Shown here: positions 9,016-16,464 of the stretch, one piece after another | Numbering within the stretch: the stretch's first letter is position 1 | Layout: each line of letters begins with the position of its first letter | DNA from: a virus | Virus record (IMG/VR): IMGVR_UViG_3300012683_000006 | Coordinates: 1 to 44,174 of that record | Reading direction: 5' to 3' (one strand) | Length of the DNA: 44,174 nt | Notes under the pieces: generated by a model | What the model saw: only the letters and a program-made list of their open reading frames with translations | The model's database searches: none | Told to the model about the DNA's origin: nothing | Made by a program: the position numbers and the translations under genes

Positions 9016-9281
9016 CCGCGCACCCCTCCAAAGGGAGGCTGTCCAGGCATCATCGGGGGAGCCATCGGGCGGGTGGGTGGCGCTCCAAGCATCTGGGGCG
9101 GCGGGGCCATAGGCCCTCCCATACCTCCTTGTTGCATCGCACGTTGGAGGAGCAGGCGCTTGATAGCTGCTTGCGCGGCGGCTTGGCGGGCGATCATGGC
9201 ATTGTTTCCTTCCATTCCGGGGCCCGCGAGCTGGGTCGGACCGGGGTCCATGTAGCTAGAGGGGTCAGCGGGGTTATCCAT
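9012..9281 (-). CDS. Gly/Pro/Met/Gln-rich small protein, 89 aa
   Basis: Internal ATG at 9281 of ORF 9012-9434. GTGA overlap with the TerL start. Low-complexity sequence. Confidence 0.4.
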   Translation of the reverse strand: MDNPADPSSYMDPGPTQLAGPGMEGNNAMIARQAAAQAAIKRLLLQRAMQQGGMGGPMAPPPQMLGAPPTRPMAPPMMPGQPPFGGVRG

Positions 9282-9414
9282 AGGGCTTGGGCTGGCGGTA
9301 CATGAGGGCGGTGGCGACCTTCGCCCGCGGGCTTGAGACCCTAGCGGGGAGCTTGCCCTGCGAAGGGTACTCCGCAGCCCATCGCTTGGCGATGTCGGGA
9401 TGGCGGGCGAACAT
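9274..9414 (-). CDS. Small protein, 46 aa (not in the ORF track)
   Basis: ATG at 9414 after GAGG-N4. High GC3 frame giving MFARHPDIAKRWAAEYPSQGKLPARVSSPRAKVATALMYRQPKPYG. The stop overlaps the next ATG (ATGGATAA). Confidence 0.45.
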   Translation of the reverse strand: MFARHPDIAKRWAAEYPSQGKLPARVSSPRAKVATALMYRQPKPYG

Positions 9415-9436
9415 GAAGCCTCGCTGTGCCTCACTC

Positions 9437-10144
9437 TTAAACGGCATCAGAGACCTCGTCAGAGGGGAGCGTGCGGCTCGGCGCCCTGACGGTCGCTGGG
9501 ATATGCTCTATCGTGCGCCCGCGAGCCCAGTCCTCCGAGGTCGCCGCGGCAGGTGGGAGGGCCACAACAAAGGTATTCTGGTTGATGTTGACATTCTGGT
9601 CCCGGGCGCCATATCCCAGCGCTTTCGATGCTGTCCCCAGTACCCCTAGGGCGAGGGCGGGTGGACAGTTTGGCTGGAGGAGCTTCTCATGGAGGACCTT
9701 CTGCGACTCCGTAATCAGTGCACGGAAGCGCTCTTCCACGGTTGCGCGGAGTTCGGGCGAAATGACCTCGTCCCGCCTCTTCGCCAAAGCCGCCTGAAAG
9801 GCATCCGAGTTGATGATAAGGCTGATCCAGCTCGCCGTATAACCATAGCGGGCGGCAAGCTCGTTCTGCGTGACTGCGGGATTCGCCAGAATGGCATCTA
9901 TGCAGTCCTCATGGGTGTAGTTCAGCTTGCGGGGGCCCGGGGCTAGAGGGCGTGCAGCTCGCGCTGGCGGCAGGGGGTCCCCCCGTTCGAGGAACGGGCG
10001 CTCCAGCTCGTCTAGGAGAGCGTCGGGCACGGGGAGAGTATAGCGCGCCGCCGTGCGGCATGCAATGGGTCGGCGGGCGACGAATCGGAAGGAAACTTCC
10101 GGGCTTGGCGCTGTTCTGGCGACGAGAAGACGATATCCGAGCAT
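9437..10144 (-). CDS. Putative small terminase / HTH DNA-binding protein (start uncertain)
   Basis: HTH-like VTQNELAARYGYTASWISLIINSDAF. Positioned upstream of TerL. The first ATG (10144) abuts conserved element copy 1. The ORF-track GTG at 10249 adds an unconvincing extension. Confidence 0.4.
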   Translation of the reverse strand: MLGYRLLVARTAPSPEVSFRFVARRPIACRTAARYTLPVPDALLDELERPFLERGDPLPPARAARPLAPGPRKLNYTHEDCIDAILANPAVTQNELAARYGYTASWISLIINSDAFQAALAKRRDEVISPELRATVEERFRALITESQKVLHEKLLQPNCPPALALGVLGTASKALGYGARDQNVNINQNTFVVALPPAAATSEDWARGRTIEHIPATVRAPSRTLPSDEVSDAV

Positions 10145-10176
10145 GGGTATGATATCATAGTCGGGTACGAGTTCGT
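10142..10176 (-). promoter_or_regulatory. Conserved element copy 1 (ACGAACTCGTACCCGAC-TATGATATCATA-CCCATG on the minus strand)
   Basis: Palindrome TATGATATCATA at 10148-10159. 28 of 35 nt match copy 3 (28736-28770). Ends in the ATG of the small-terminase-like gene. Confidence 0.5.
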
Positions 10177-10353
10177 TCCGCTGATTTGCGCAAGGATAGA
10201 GACCCCGCCTAAAGCCCTCAATCCACGACCCCGCCCTGCCCGAGAGCACCCCCGCCCCGACTTCGGGGCCCTGGAGGTTAGTGTGTACTCACATATGCCT
10301 TCGATGGTGCAGAGCGACATTGGAGTGCACCACATTTGGGCATATCGCTGACA

Positions 10354-10390
10354 TGACGCAGCGCGTCACATACTGACGCAAATTGCGTCA
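10354..10390. promoter_or_regulatory. Two adjacent inverted-repeat operator-like sites
   Basis: TGACGC-AGC-GCGTCA (10354-10368) and TGACGCAA-A-TTGCGTCA (10374-10390), each followed by CAT. Located in the divergent early/late control region. Confidence 0.55.
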
Positions 10391-10423
10391 CATCGCCCGA
10401 GGCGAGAGCATGGAATCAATGGG

Positions 10424-10452
10424 TTGCATCGGGTATGAAGCTTGCATATACT
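10424..10452 (+). promoter_or_regulatory. Sigma70-type early promoter
   Basis: TTGCAT (10424-10429), 17-nt spacer, TATACT (10447-10452). About 110 nt upstream of the first plus-strand gene. Confidence 0.55.
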
Positions 10453-10562
10453 AGGACATGGCGGGAACATATCGCCATGATGACGTTCTTTAACAATTGG
10501 ACGCAACGCTCGGATACGGCTAACGCCGTAGGCGGGCTAGCGTCATTCATAGGAGTGAAATC

Positions 10563-11150
10563 ATGCAATCGAAACGTAAGACGAACGGCATAGTTGGGTG
10601 CATATTCAATGGGCATCATACGATGGCATTCTCTGTGGGCGAACAATCCTTCAACCTCGATGTCATGCAAATCTGTGGCGAAGCGTTCTTCAACCTCAGC
10701 CAGAACGGGAAGGAGGCTGTAGTACACGGGCTACGGCAGAAGGTGTCAGACCGCGCCGCCATCGGGCGAGACCCTGAGACAGGGGCTAGCGCCACGCCGG
10801 AAGAGAAGTTCGCCGCGATGAAGGAATGCGCCGAGCGCCTCATGTCGGGCGGGCCGTGGAATGCGGTGGCAACGGGCGGGACCGGGAACCAGGGCGGGCT
10901 GCTGTATCGGGCTATGAAGGCGATCTATCCCAACGCCTGGTCGGACAAAACATCGTTCGCGACGTACATCATGCAGAAGGCTCTGTCGGAATCGGAACGG
11001 CTCAAGAGGAAAGTATCCGAGACCGACGTGCGGGCCGGGCTCATGGCCGTCAAGAGGGTAGCGAAGGAAATCGACCGCATCAGGCAGGAGGAAGGCAAGA
11101 CTGTGGACATCGACGCGGGCGGGATGCTCCAAGAGTTGGAGGGGAAGTAG
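10563..11150 (+). CDS. Early protein, 195 aa, paralog of 15706-16269
   Basis: AGGAG-N7-ATG. Shares HG(L/V).QK..D.AA, G.W and G..GG(L/V)(L/V).RA with the 187-aa protein. Confidence 0.65.
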   Translation: MQSKRKTNGIVGCIFNGHHTMAFSVGEQSFNLDVMQICGEAFFNLSQNGKEAVVHGLRQKVSDRAAIGRDPETGASATPEEKFAAMKECAERLMSGGPWNAVATGGTGNQGGLLYRAMKAIYPNAWSDKTSFATYIMQKALSESERLKRKVSETDVRAGLMAVKRVAKEIDRIRQEEGKTVDIDAGGMLQELEGK

Positions 11151-11160
11151 CTGCACCATG

Positions 11161-11192
11161 CGGGGCCGGGGCTATCAATCAGACCGGCCCCG
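11161..11192 (+). terminator. Stem-loop after the first early gene (weak terminator candidate)
   Basis: CGGGGCCGG, 14-nt loop, CCGGCCCCG. No T tract follows. Confidence 0.3.
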
Positions 11193-11280
11193 TAGCTTCG
11201 TCCCAAACGCGCCACGAACGCGTAGGAATGCGTAACGGATGCATCGGGCCGCACGGATATCAACCCATCGCCGGGACGGC

Positions 11281-11620
11281 GAATTCCCCGATTCCCCCAT
11301 ATTCCCCCCAGAATCGTCCTAGAGGTGTCCCTGACGTATGCCAAAACGAAACGGGGGGGCGTTCCCTATTTCCCAAAACGGAAGTTTGCTTCCGGGAGGC
11401 AAGGGGACCCATGGTGTGCCTGTGGATAACTCTTTCTCTTTCCTTTTATATATATTTTTTTTAAGTATAAAGAGATAAACAGTTCCCCCGTTGCTCCCCT
11501 TGACCAAGCGGAAAGAAACTTCCGAAATGGGGATAGGGGGAACGCCCGGGGTTTCGATTTTGTGATACGTCAGGGACAGCTCAGGGAGGACTCTGGGGGG
11601 AATCCGCCAAAATAGGGGAC
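11281..11620. repeat. Large imperfect palindrome with TTCCCC/GGGGAA iterons around an AT-rich core; candidate replication origin
   Basis: Inner arms 11326-11394 and 11509-11578 are largely complementary. Outer arms contain ATTCCCCCCAGA (left) and its complement (right). AT-rich core at 11431-11480 (ttttatatatatttttttt). Lies in an ORF-free gap, 11151-11762. Confidence 0.55.
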
Positions 11621-11694
11621 ACACGCCCGACATTGTTGCGGCGCGATAGCCCCTGACGGGCGCTAAGTTGTACAGCCTAGGACACATAACTCGG

Positions 11695-11723
11695 TTGCAC
11701 AATTGTTACAACAATGCTATATT
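11695..11723 (+). promoter_or_regulatory. Sigma70-type promoter P1
   Basis: TTGCAC, 17-nt spacer, TATATT. The upstream box ACATAACTCGG resembles those before the promoters at 11998 and 16431. Confidence 0.55.
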
Positions 11724-11762
11724 GTAGCTAGGAGGTGTTAGATAGCAACGTGCATATATCGC

Positions 11763-11969
11763 TTGTGTGAGGCGAAACGGCCGTACTCGGGGGACTTCAT
11801 AGGTTATCGGCTCAAGATTGCGACGCCGAACTTAGTGGGTCCAAAGGACAAACCATCATTTGGAAAACAATACTTACTGGCAGAATCGCCTGGCTATATT
11901 CTACCAGACGACATAGACCACGAACTTGATCGCCTCGCAAGGGGATACTCGGTCAGAATAGAGGTCTAA
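11763..11969 (+). CDS. Hypothetical protein, 68 aa (TTG start, or ATA at 11742)
   Basis: Open frame from 11742. AGGAGG at 11730-11735. AT-richer than the genome. Confidence 0.4.
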   Translation: MCEAKRPYSGDFIGYRLKIATPNLVGPKDKPSFGKQYLLAESPGYILPDDIDHELDRLARGYSVRIEV

Positions 11970-11997
11970 GTTGTGCGCGGCGGGACATATAACTTTG

Positions 11998-12027
11998 TTG
12001 ACGCGGCCCGGCCGCCCGTTATACAAT
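11998..12027 (+). promoter_or_regulatory. Sigma70-type promoter P2, predicted leaderless transcript
   Basis: TTGACG (11998-12003), 18-nt spacer, TACAAT (12022-12027). The A of the ATG at 12034 is the 7th nt after the -10. Confidence 0.5.
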
Positions 12028-12033
12028 ACGGAC

Positions 12034-12216
12034 ATGGAACATCTCGGGCACACAGACTTCTACGAAATCGTGCTTGAGGGCGTTGTCATCGCTGACATTG
12101 GGATATTTCGCAGCGAGGACGACATGACATCGACACAGGCAGAGGCGGATAGGCTTGCAGCCCGAATGGGGACTACAGCGCAGTATGATCGCTGTTGCGA
12201 AGCGTATCTTCCATGA
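12034..12216 (+). CDS. Hypothetical protein, 60 aa
   Basis: Internal ATG of ORF 11971-12216. The upstream part of that ORF is occupied by the promoter. Confidence 0.5.
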   Translation: MEHLGHTDFYEIVLEGVVIADIGIFRSEDDMTSTQAEADRLAARMGTTAQYDRCCEAYLP

Positions 12217-12449
12217 ATTCCCCTGCCCTCTGGGAACGCAAGCTCGCCGCTGTCCTGCTCGGCGCAGTCATTGGCCTAGCGCTCGGAATGCGGGACGCCA
12301 AGGGTGTGGAGGCTAGCCTCCAGTCCGCCCGACCGTGGACCCTCGGACAGTGTGATAGGCTGGCGGGCCGGCGCGCAAGCGCTGTGTTCAATCGGTCGAT
12401 CTACTCCAGCGGCGGGTGGCCGCTGTGGCAGGTCGTTTGTGTATATTAG
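12213..12449 (+). CDS. Small membrane protein, 78 aa
   Basis: ATGA coupling. One TM segment (LAAVLLGAVIGLALG). Confidence 0.5.
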   Translation: MNSPALWERKLAAVLLGAVIGLALGMRDAKGVEASLQSARPWTLGQCDRLAGRRASAVFNRSIYSSGGWPLWQVVCVY

Positions 12450-12457
12450 GAGGCAAA

Positions 12458-12676
12458 ATGGACCAACGCGAACGAAATAGCCTTGACCGCTACATAACTG
12501 GCGATTATGGCGAGCGACAGCTCCGAGGTATATATGCAAGCGGCAAGGAAGCTTGCGCAAAGGCCCTCGAAATGAAGGATAGGCTCTGCGAGCGGTGCAG
12601 CGGAGCAATAGGGAAGATGAGCTATGCCGCTTGGATAGACCTCGGCGGGGTATGTGACCGCTGTGTGGAGAGCTGA
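12458..12676 (+). CDS. Small CxxC...CxxC zinc-binding protein, 72 aa
   Basis: AGGAGG-N5-ATG. CERC...CDRC. Confidence 0.55.
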   Translation: MDQRERNSLDRYITGDYGERQLRGIYASGKEACAKALEMKDRLCERCSGAIGKMSYAAWIDLGGVCDRCVES

Positions 12677-13146
12677 TGCCCCGCCCGCGCACCCTCGACG
12701 CCCACCCTCGGGAGTTCTTCGCTTTCACGGAGGAGCTCCTCACCGTCCCTTCGAGGACCGTGGACTGCGGCGGGCCCGGGCCGAGGAGGGCGTTCGCGCT
12801 GCGCGCCGGGATGTACCACTTCTGGGCACGCCTCCGATCCGAAGTCGAGGCCCGCAAGTTCAATCTCGAAGACTTGGACGCTCTAGCGTCCATGCTCGTG
12901 GCGGGGGGGAAGGTGCCCGACAGCGCGGACGGGCGGTTGCTCAGGGCGCTCTATCGCGTCGCGTCGAACACAAGCATTTCGATCGAAGGGATCGCCACTG
13001 TGCGGTTCCAGCCCAAGTCGCAGACTTCGCTTGCGGCTGTGCTCGCAGAGAACCTCGCCGTCCTGGCGGAACCCGCCGTGGATAGAGGGGCGGGGCTGCT
13101 CGCGGAGCTTGAACGGGCGGGCGACGGGCCGACGAAACTTGATTGA
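12676..13146 (+). CDS. Hypothetical protein, 156 aa
   Basis: TGATG coupling, high GC3. Confidence 0.55.
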   Translation: MPRPRTLDAHPREFFAFTEELLTVPSRTVDCGGPGPRRAFALRAGMYHFWARLRSEVEARKFNLEDLDALASMLVAGGKVPDSADGRLLRALYRVASNTSISIEGIATVRFQPKSQTSLAAVLAENLAVLAEPAVDRGAGLLAELERAGDGPTKLD

Positions 13147-13170
13147 TCTCGGCGCACAGGAGGAGATGAG

Positions 13171-13677
13171 ATGAGAACGAAACAGTATATGACGATTGAT
13201 CGTGACGCTTTGGGCTGGCCGAAGGGTCCGTGGGATGGCGAGCCTGACAAAGTGCAATGGCCAGACGAGGCTACTGGTCTACCCTGTTTAGCAGTTCGCA
13301 ACTCCTGCCGAGGAAACTGGTGCGGTTATGTCGGGATTGCGGAAGGCCATCAGCACTTCGGCAAGGGCTATAGTGATCTGGATATTGAAGTCCACGGAGG
13401 ACTGACCTTCGCAAATAAGTGTGACCCAGCCGAAACGGAGGCGACTGGTATTTGCCACGTTCCTGGCGATGGTGAACCGGATCATGTCTGGTGGTTCGGC
13501 TTCGACTGCGCGCACTCCTGGGACCACTCTCCAGATGATGTAAGGCGCTCAAGCGAAGGCTATCCATGGACGATTGACCCGAATAGCAGCTACAAGAGCT
13601 TACGCTACGTCCAGAACGAATGCGCCAAACTTGCCACACAACTCAACATCCCGCCCGACGCGAAGGAGCCAAGATGA
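13171..13677 (+). CDS. Conserved phage protein, 168 aa
   Basis: GGAGG RBS. Motifs CGYVGI..GH..FGKGY, VHGGLTFA and WWFGFDCAH recur in many phage hypotheticals (from memory). Confidence 0.6.
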   Translation: MRTKQYMTIDRDALGWPKGPWDGEPDKVQWPDEATGLPCLAVRNSCRGNWCGYVGIAEGHQHFGKGYSDLDIEVHGGLTFANKCDPAETEATGICHVPGDGEPDHVWWFGFDCAHSWDHSPDDVRRSSEGYPWTIDPNSSYKSLRYVQNECAKLATQLNIPPDAKEPR

Positions 13678-13877
13678 CCTCTCCTCGCAAGAGCCGGAGC
13701 ACGCTGCAGCGTGAGCGGGCAGAGATTTGGCAGGGCGGCATCATGATCGCTTGCGTTGAAGGCCCGAGCAGGAAAGCCATCGAACGCGATGTTTGCCACT
13801 ATGCCGTCCAGTATGCACAAGACGGCCCGGTCAGCATCCGCTACTCCACTCCGAAAGCCCGCCCCGATGGCCGATGA
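13674..13877 (+). CDS. Hypothetical protein, 67 aa
   Basis: ATGA coupling at 13674. Confidence 0.45.
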   Translation: MTSPRKSRSTLQRERAEIWQGGIMIACVEGPSRKAIERDVCHYAVQYAQDGPVSIRYSTPKARPDGR

Positions 13878-14196
13878 CGTTCTGGAGCTGACGAGGAAGT
13901 GTGCGGAGGCGATCGGCTACAAGATTGATTCAGTGGTCGGAACCTGCTGCTATCACTATAACGCCAACGGATCAGCCTACAAATATGACCCCGCCTCCGA
14001 CCCCGCCCAAGCCTTCGAGTTGCTGTGCTGGCTGGCGGAGAGGGGATGCGTCATGGTCCATACGTCGCGCGGCAATTTTAAGTTCATGCCAAACGAGGGA
14101 GAGACGTTCTATGCTGGCTGCCACAACGGCGCCGAACTCCGCCTCGCGATCATGCGCGCCGTGGCGAAGGTGAAGGAGGACCAAGATGGCCGATGA
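13867..14196 (+). CDS. Hypothetical protein, 109 aa
   Basis: Starts MADDVLELTRK within GATGGCCGATGACG. The same 14-mer forms the next gene's start. Confidence 0.5.
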   Translation: MADDVLELTRKCAEAIGYKIDSVVGTCCYHYNANGSAYKYDPASDPAQAFELLCWLAERGCVMVHTSRGNFKFMPNEGETFYAGCHNGAELRLAIMRAVAKVKEDQDGR

Positions 14197-14761
14197 CGCA
14201 CTGACGAGAAAGGAGGCGGAGATGGGGAGGCTGACGCCGAGAACTGACGCGTTCTCTAATCCCTCAACTGAGGGCGACCATGATGCTTTTGTCACAGTAG
14301 AAACGTACAACACACTCCTTGAACACGCTTGCAAAATTGAGCGTGAACTGAGCGCCCTCTCCCTCGAATCCGTGCGCGAGGAGGCGCTGGAGAATGTTCT
14401 TGAGATCGCAGGAATGCTCGAATTTCAAGCTAAGCTCGCGCTGGATCATGGCGAGACTGATATAAAACTGGACGCAGCAACTATTGTTCCGAAGATTGTT
14501 GAATCTCTCCGCGCCCTCCAGCACGCCCCCGCTAGGGTGGCGGAGGAGCAGCCGGGGGAACAGAAGCTCGGGCAGGGGTGGATTCCGGCGAGTGAGAGGT
14601 TGCCGGAGAAGGATGGCACGTTCTTGACGTTGCTTGAGGGTGATGTTGTAGCCGAACTTGACAAGCGGTGCTGGTATTGTGGGAAGTGGGTCTACATGGA
14701 CGGCTCCGAAAGCGACCTACCAGTTACCCACTGGATGCCCTTGCCTGAACCGCCCAAATGA
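14186..14761 (+). CDS. DUF551-domain protein, 191 aa
   Basis: C-terminus WIPASERLPEKDG...THWMPLPEPP. Confidence 0.65.
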   Translation: MADDALTRKEAEMGRLTPRTDAFSNPSTEGDHDAFVTVETYNTLLEHACKIERELSALSLESVREEALENVLEIAGMLEFQAKLALDHGETDIKLDAATIVPKIVESLRALQHAPARVAEEQPGEQKLGQGWIPASERLPEKDGTFLTLLEGDVVAELDKRCWYCGKWVYMDGSESDLPVTHWMPLPEPPK

Positions 14762-15186
14762 AAACTCTACTAGCGACGCGCGCTAAAAATGCGGTGCAGA
14801 AAGCCGTCAGGAAGGGATTGTTGCATCGCCCATTGCGATGCTCACGCTGCGGTAAAGTTCCTCCGAAAGCGAAGGACGGCAGGAATCAGATACACGGTCA
14901 TCATGCGGATTACAGCAAACCTCTTGAGGTTGAATGGCTCTGTGTCTATTGCCATCGAAAAGAAACACCTCCGGCAGACTGGAGCAAATATCCAGGAAAG
15001 AAATACACCGCACGCGGAACTGAAAATGTCTTTGCAAAACTCACAACCGCGCAAGTCGTCATGATCCGCGCCAGCAAGGAAAGCAATAGCACTCTCGCAA
15101 AGAAATTAGGCGTAGACAAGTCCACAGTTACGAGAGCCAAAAACGGCAGCAGCTATGCCTTGCCACCCCCACCGGAGCACCCATGA
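14758..15186 (+). CDS. HNH-type endonuclease-like protein with HTH, 142 aa
   Basis: CSRCG...HGHHADYSKPLEVEWLCVYCH plus LAKKLGVDKSTVTRAKNG. AT-richer than the flanks. Confidence 0.65.
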   Translation: MKTLLATRAKNAVQKAVRKGLLHRPLRCSRCGKVPPKAKDGRNQIHGHHADYSKPLEVEWLCVYCHRKETPPADWSKYPGKKYTARGTENVFAKLTTAQVVMIRASKESNSTLAKKLGVDKSTVTRAKNGSSYALPPPPEHP

Positions 15187-15584
15187 CCGACGATAAGCTT
15201 GCGGACGAGATCGAGAAGAAAGTTGGTGATCTTGAAGGAAACTTTCCTTGGGCGCTAGTCTTTCACGGTACTGAATGGCAGCAAATCATCGCCGCCCTGC
15301 GCCGCCAGCCTACTGATGCGCTCAAGGCCGCATATTTTGAAGGCTACGAAGATGCGCTGAAGGATCGCCAGCCGTCGAGCGACCAGCTGCAGGCCCGCGT
15401 CGCGGAGCTGGAGAAGGACGCAGCGAGGTATAGATGGATCGATGAAAATCTCATTCAGTGGTATCCGAAAGGATATAACGGCTGCAAATATGGGAGATTC
15501 GACGCGCTTTGGCCCAACGAGGAATCAGACCTAGGGAAAGCGGTTGACGCTGCCATCGACGCCGCTCTCAAGGACCGCGCATGA
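15183..15584 (+). CDS. Hypothetical protein, 133 aa
   Basis: ATGA coupling. Helical, contains DAARYRWI. Confidence 0.55.
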   Translation: MTDDKLADEIEKKVGDLEGNFPWALVFHGTEWQQIIAALRRQPTDALKAAYFEGYEDALKDRQPSSDQLQARVAELEKDAARYRWIDENLIQWYPKGYNGCKYGRFDALWPNEESDLGKAVDAAIDAALKDRA

Positions 15585-15601
15585 CCCCTCATCAAACTTC
15601 A

Positions 15602-15629
15602 TTGCGCCCACCGCGCGGGCGTGTATAAT
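15602..15629 (+). promoter_or_regulatory. Sigma70-type promoter with consensus -10
   Basis: TTGCGC, 16-nt spacer, TATAAT (15624-15629). Followed by the 5' UTR hairpin AGCTGAC-N12-GTCAGCT (15663-15688). Confidence 0.55.
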
Positions 15630-15705
15630 TCCAATCTCGCCCATCCGGGCGGCGGGCAACATAGCTGACGGCCCTATAAAGGTCAGCTAACACAGGAGAA
15701 TCAAG

Positions 15706-16269
15706 ATGGCCGAAGTAAACCAAGTCACGATGAACGACGGGCGCAGCGTAGGCTTCGCGGGCGAGCGCAAGATGCAGAAGTCCTACAAGACGGACGGGGG
15801 GAAGGTCACCGTCCTGTTCGACTTCGTCAACGGGCAGAGCATCTCGTTCGAGCTGCCCGACGCCCTGGTACTCCAGGCCGCGGGCCACGGAGTGTCCCAG
15901 AAGGCAGGCGACAGCGCGGCGGGCGAGAAGAATGTCGAGGATATGGTCCTCGCGGTGCAGGACACGCTGGACAACCTTGCGAAAGGGAACTGGAAAGCGT
16001 CCCGCGAGGGTGGCGGGTTCGGCGGAGCCGGTGTGGTCGTCCGGGCGCTGTGTGCGGTCTTCGGCAAGACGCCCGAGCAGATCAAAGCCTGGGTCGATGG
16101 CAAAATCGCCGAGGCGGAGAAGCGCGGGCAGAAGCTCACGAGGCAGGCGCTCTACGCTTCGTTCCGATCCTCGGATCGGGTCGGCCCGAAGATCCGGGAG
16201 CTCGAGTCCGCGGCCGCCAAGAGCGCGGCGGGCGTGGATGCGGAAGCAATCCTCGGAGAGCTGGCGTAA
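15706..16269 (+). CDS. Early protein, 187 aa, paralog of 10563-11150
   Basis: GGAGAA RBS. Has its own promoter and terminator. Confidence 0.7.
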   Translation: MAEVNQVTMNDGRSVGFAGERKMQKSYKTDGGKVTVLFDFVNGQSISFELPDALVLQAAGHGVSQKAGDSAAGEKNVEDMVLAVQDTLDNLAKGNWKASREGGGFGGAGVVVRALCAVFGKTPEQIKAWVDGKIAEAEKRGQKLTRQALYASFRSSDRVGPKIRELESAAAKSAAGVDAEAILGELA

Positions 16270-16334
16270 CGGATAGCCCGATCCCTCCTCGGGAAGTGCC
16301 CGACGCTGTTGCATGACGGCAGCGGGTGCGGGAT

Positions 16335-16360
16335 ACAGGGCCTACGGGCCCTGTTCCTTT
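16335..16360 (+). terminator. Intrinsic terminator
   Basis: ACAGGGCC-TACG-GGCCCTGT followed by TCCTTT. Confidence 0.5.
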
Positions 16361-16430
16361 AAGTGAGACGGTGCGCTTTAGCACTGTCGCAAGTCTGGCC
16401 CGCACGAACACCGTTATTTCCATAACTTTG

Positions 16431-16459
16431 TTGTAATCGTCAATGGATATGATATCATA
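16431..16459 (+). promoter_or_regulatory. Promoter containing conserved element copy 2, predicted leaderless transcript
   Basis: TTGTAA (16431-16436), 16-nt spacer, TGA-TATCAT (extended -10, 16453-16458). Palindrome TATGATATCATA at 16448-16459. The A of the ATG at 16465 is the 7th nt after the -10. Confidence 0.55.
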
Positions 16460-16464
16460 GACGT

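Noticed and set aside
9437-10249. Full-length 270-aa version of the small-terminase-like ORF (GTG at 10249), and similar N-terminal extensions of ORFs 18462, 22841, 25038, 29236-30174, 37502-38572, 38499-39164 and 42022-43248.
   Set aside because: The extensions overlap upstream genes or regulatory elements and have atypical composition. They also lack an RBS, whereas internal starts show SD sequences or ATGA/GTGA coupling.
10416-10727. 103-aa minus-strand ORF in the control region.
   Set aside because: It overlaps the SD-led 195-aa plus-strand gene, whose paralogy with 15706-16269 supports the plus frame. It would also run across the early promoter.
10826-11702. ORFs 10826-11464 (plus) and 11319-11702 (minus) crossing the ORF-free gap.
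   Set aside because: Both run through the palindrome and the AT-rich core. Because the region is a dyad, each strand gives a mirror ORF. The translations are Pro/Gly/Arg junk. I treat the region as non-coding.
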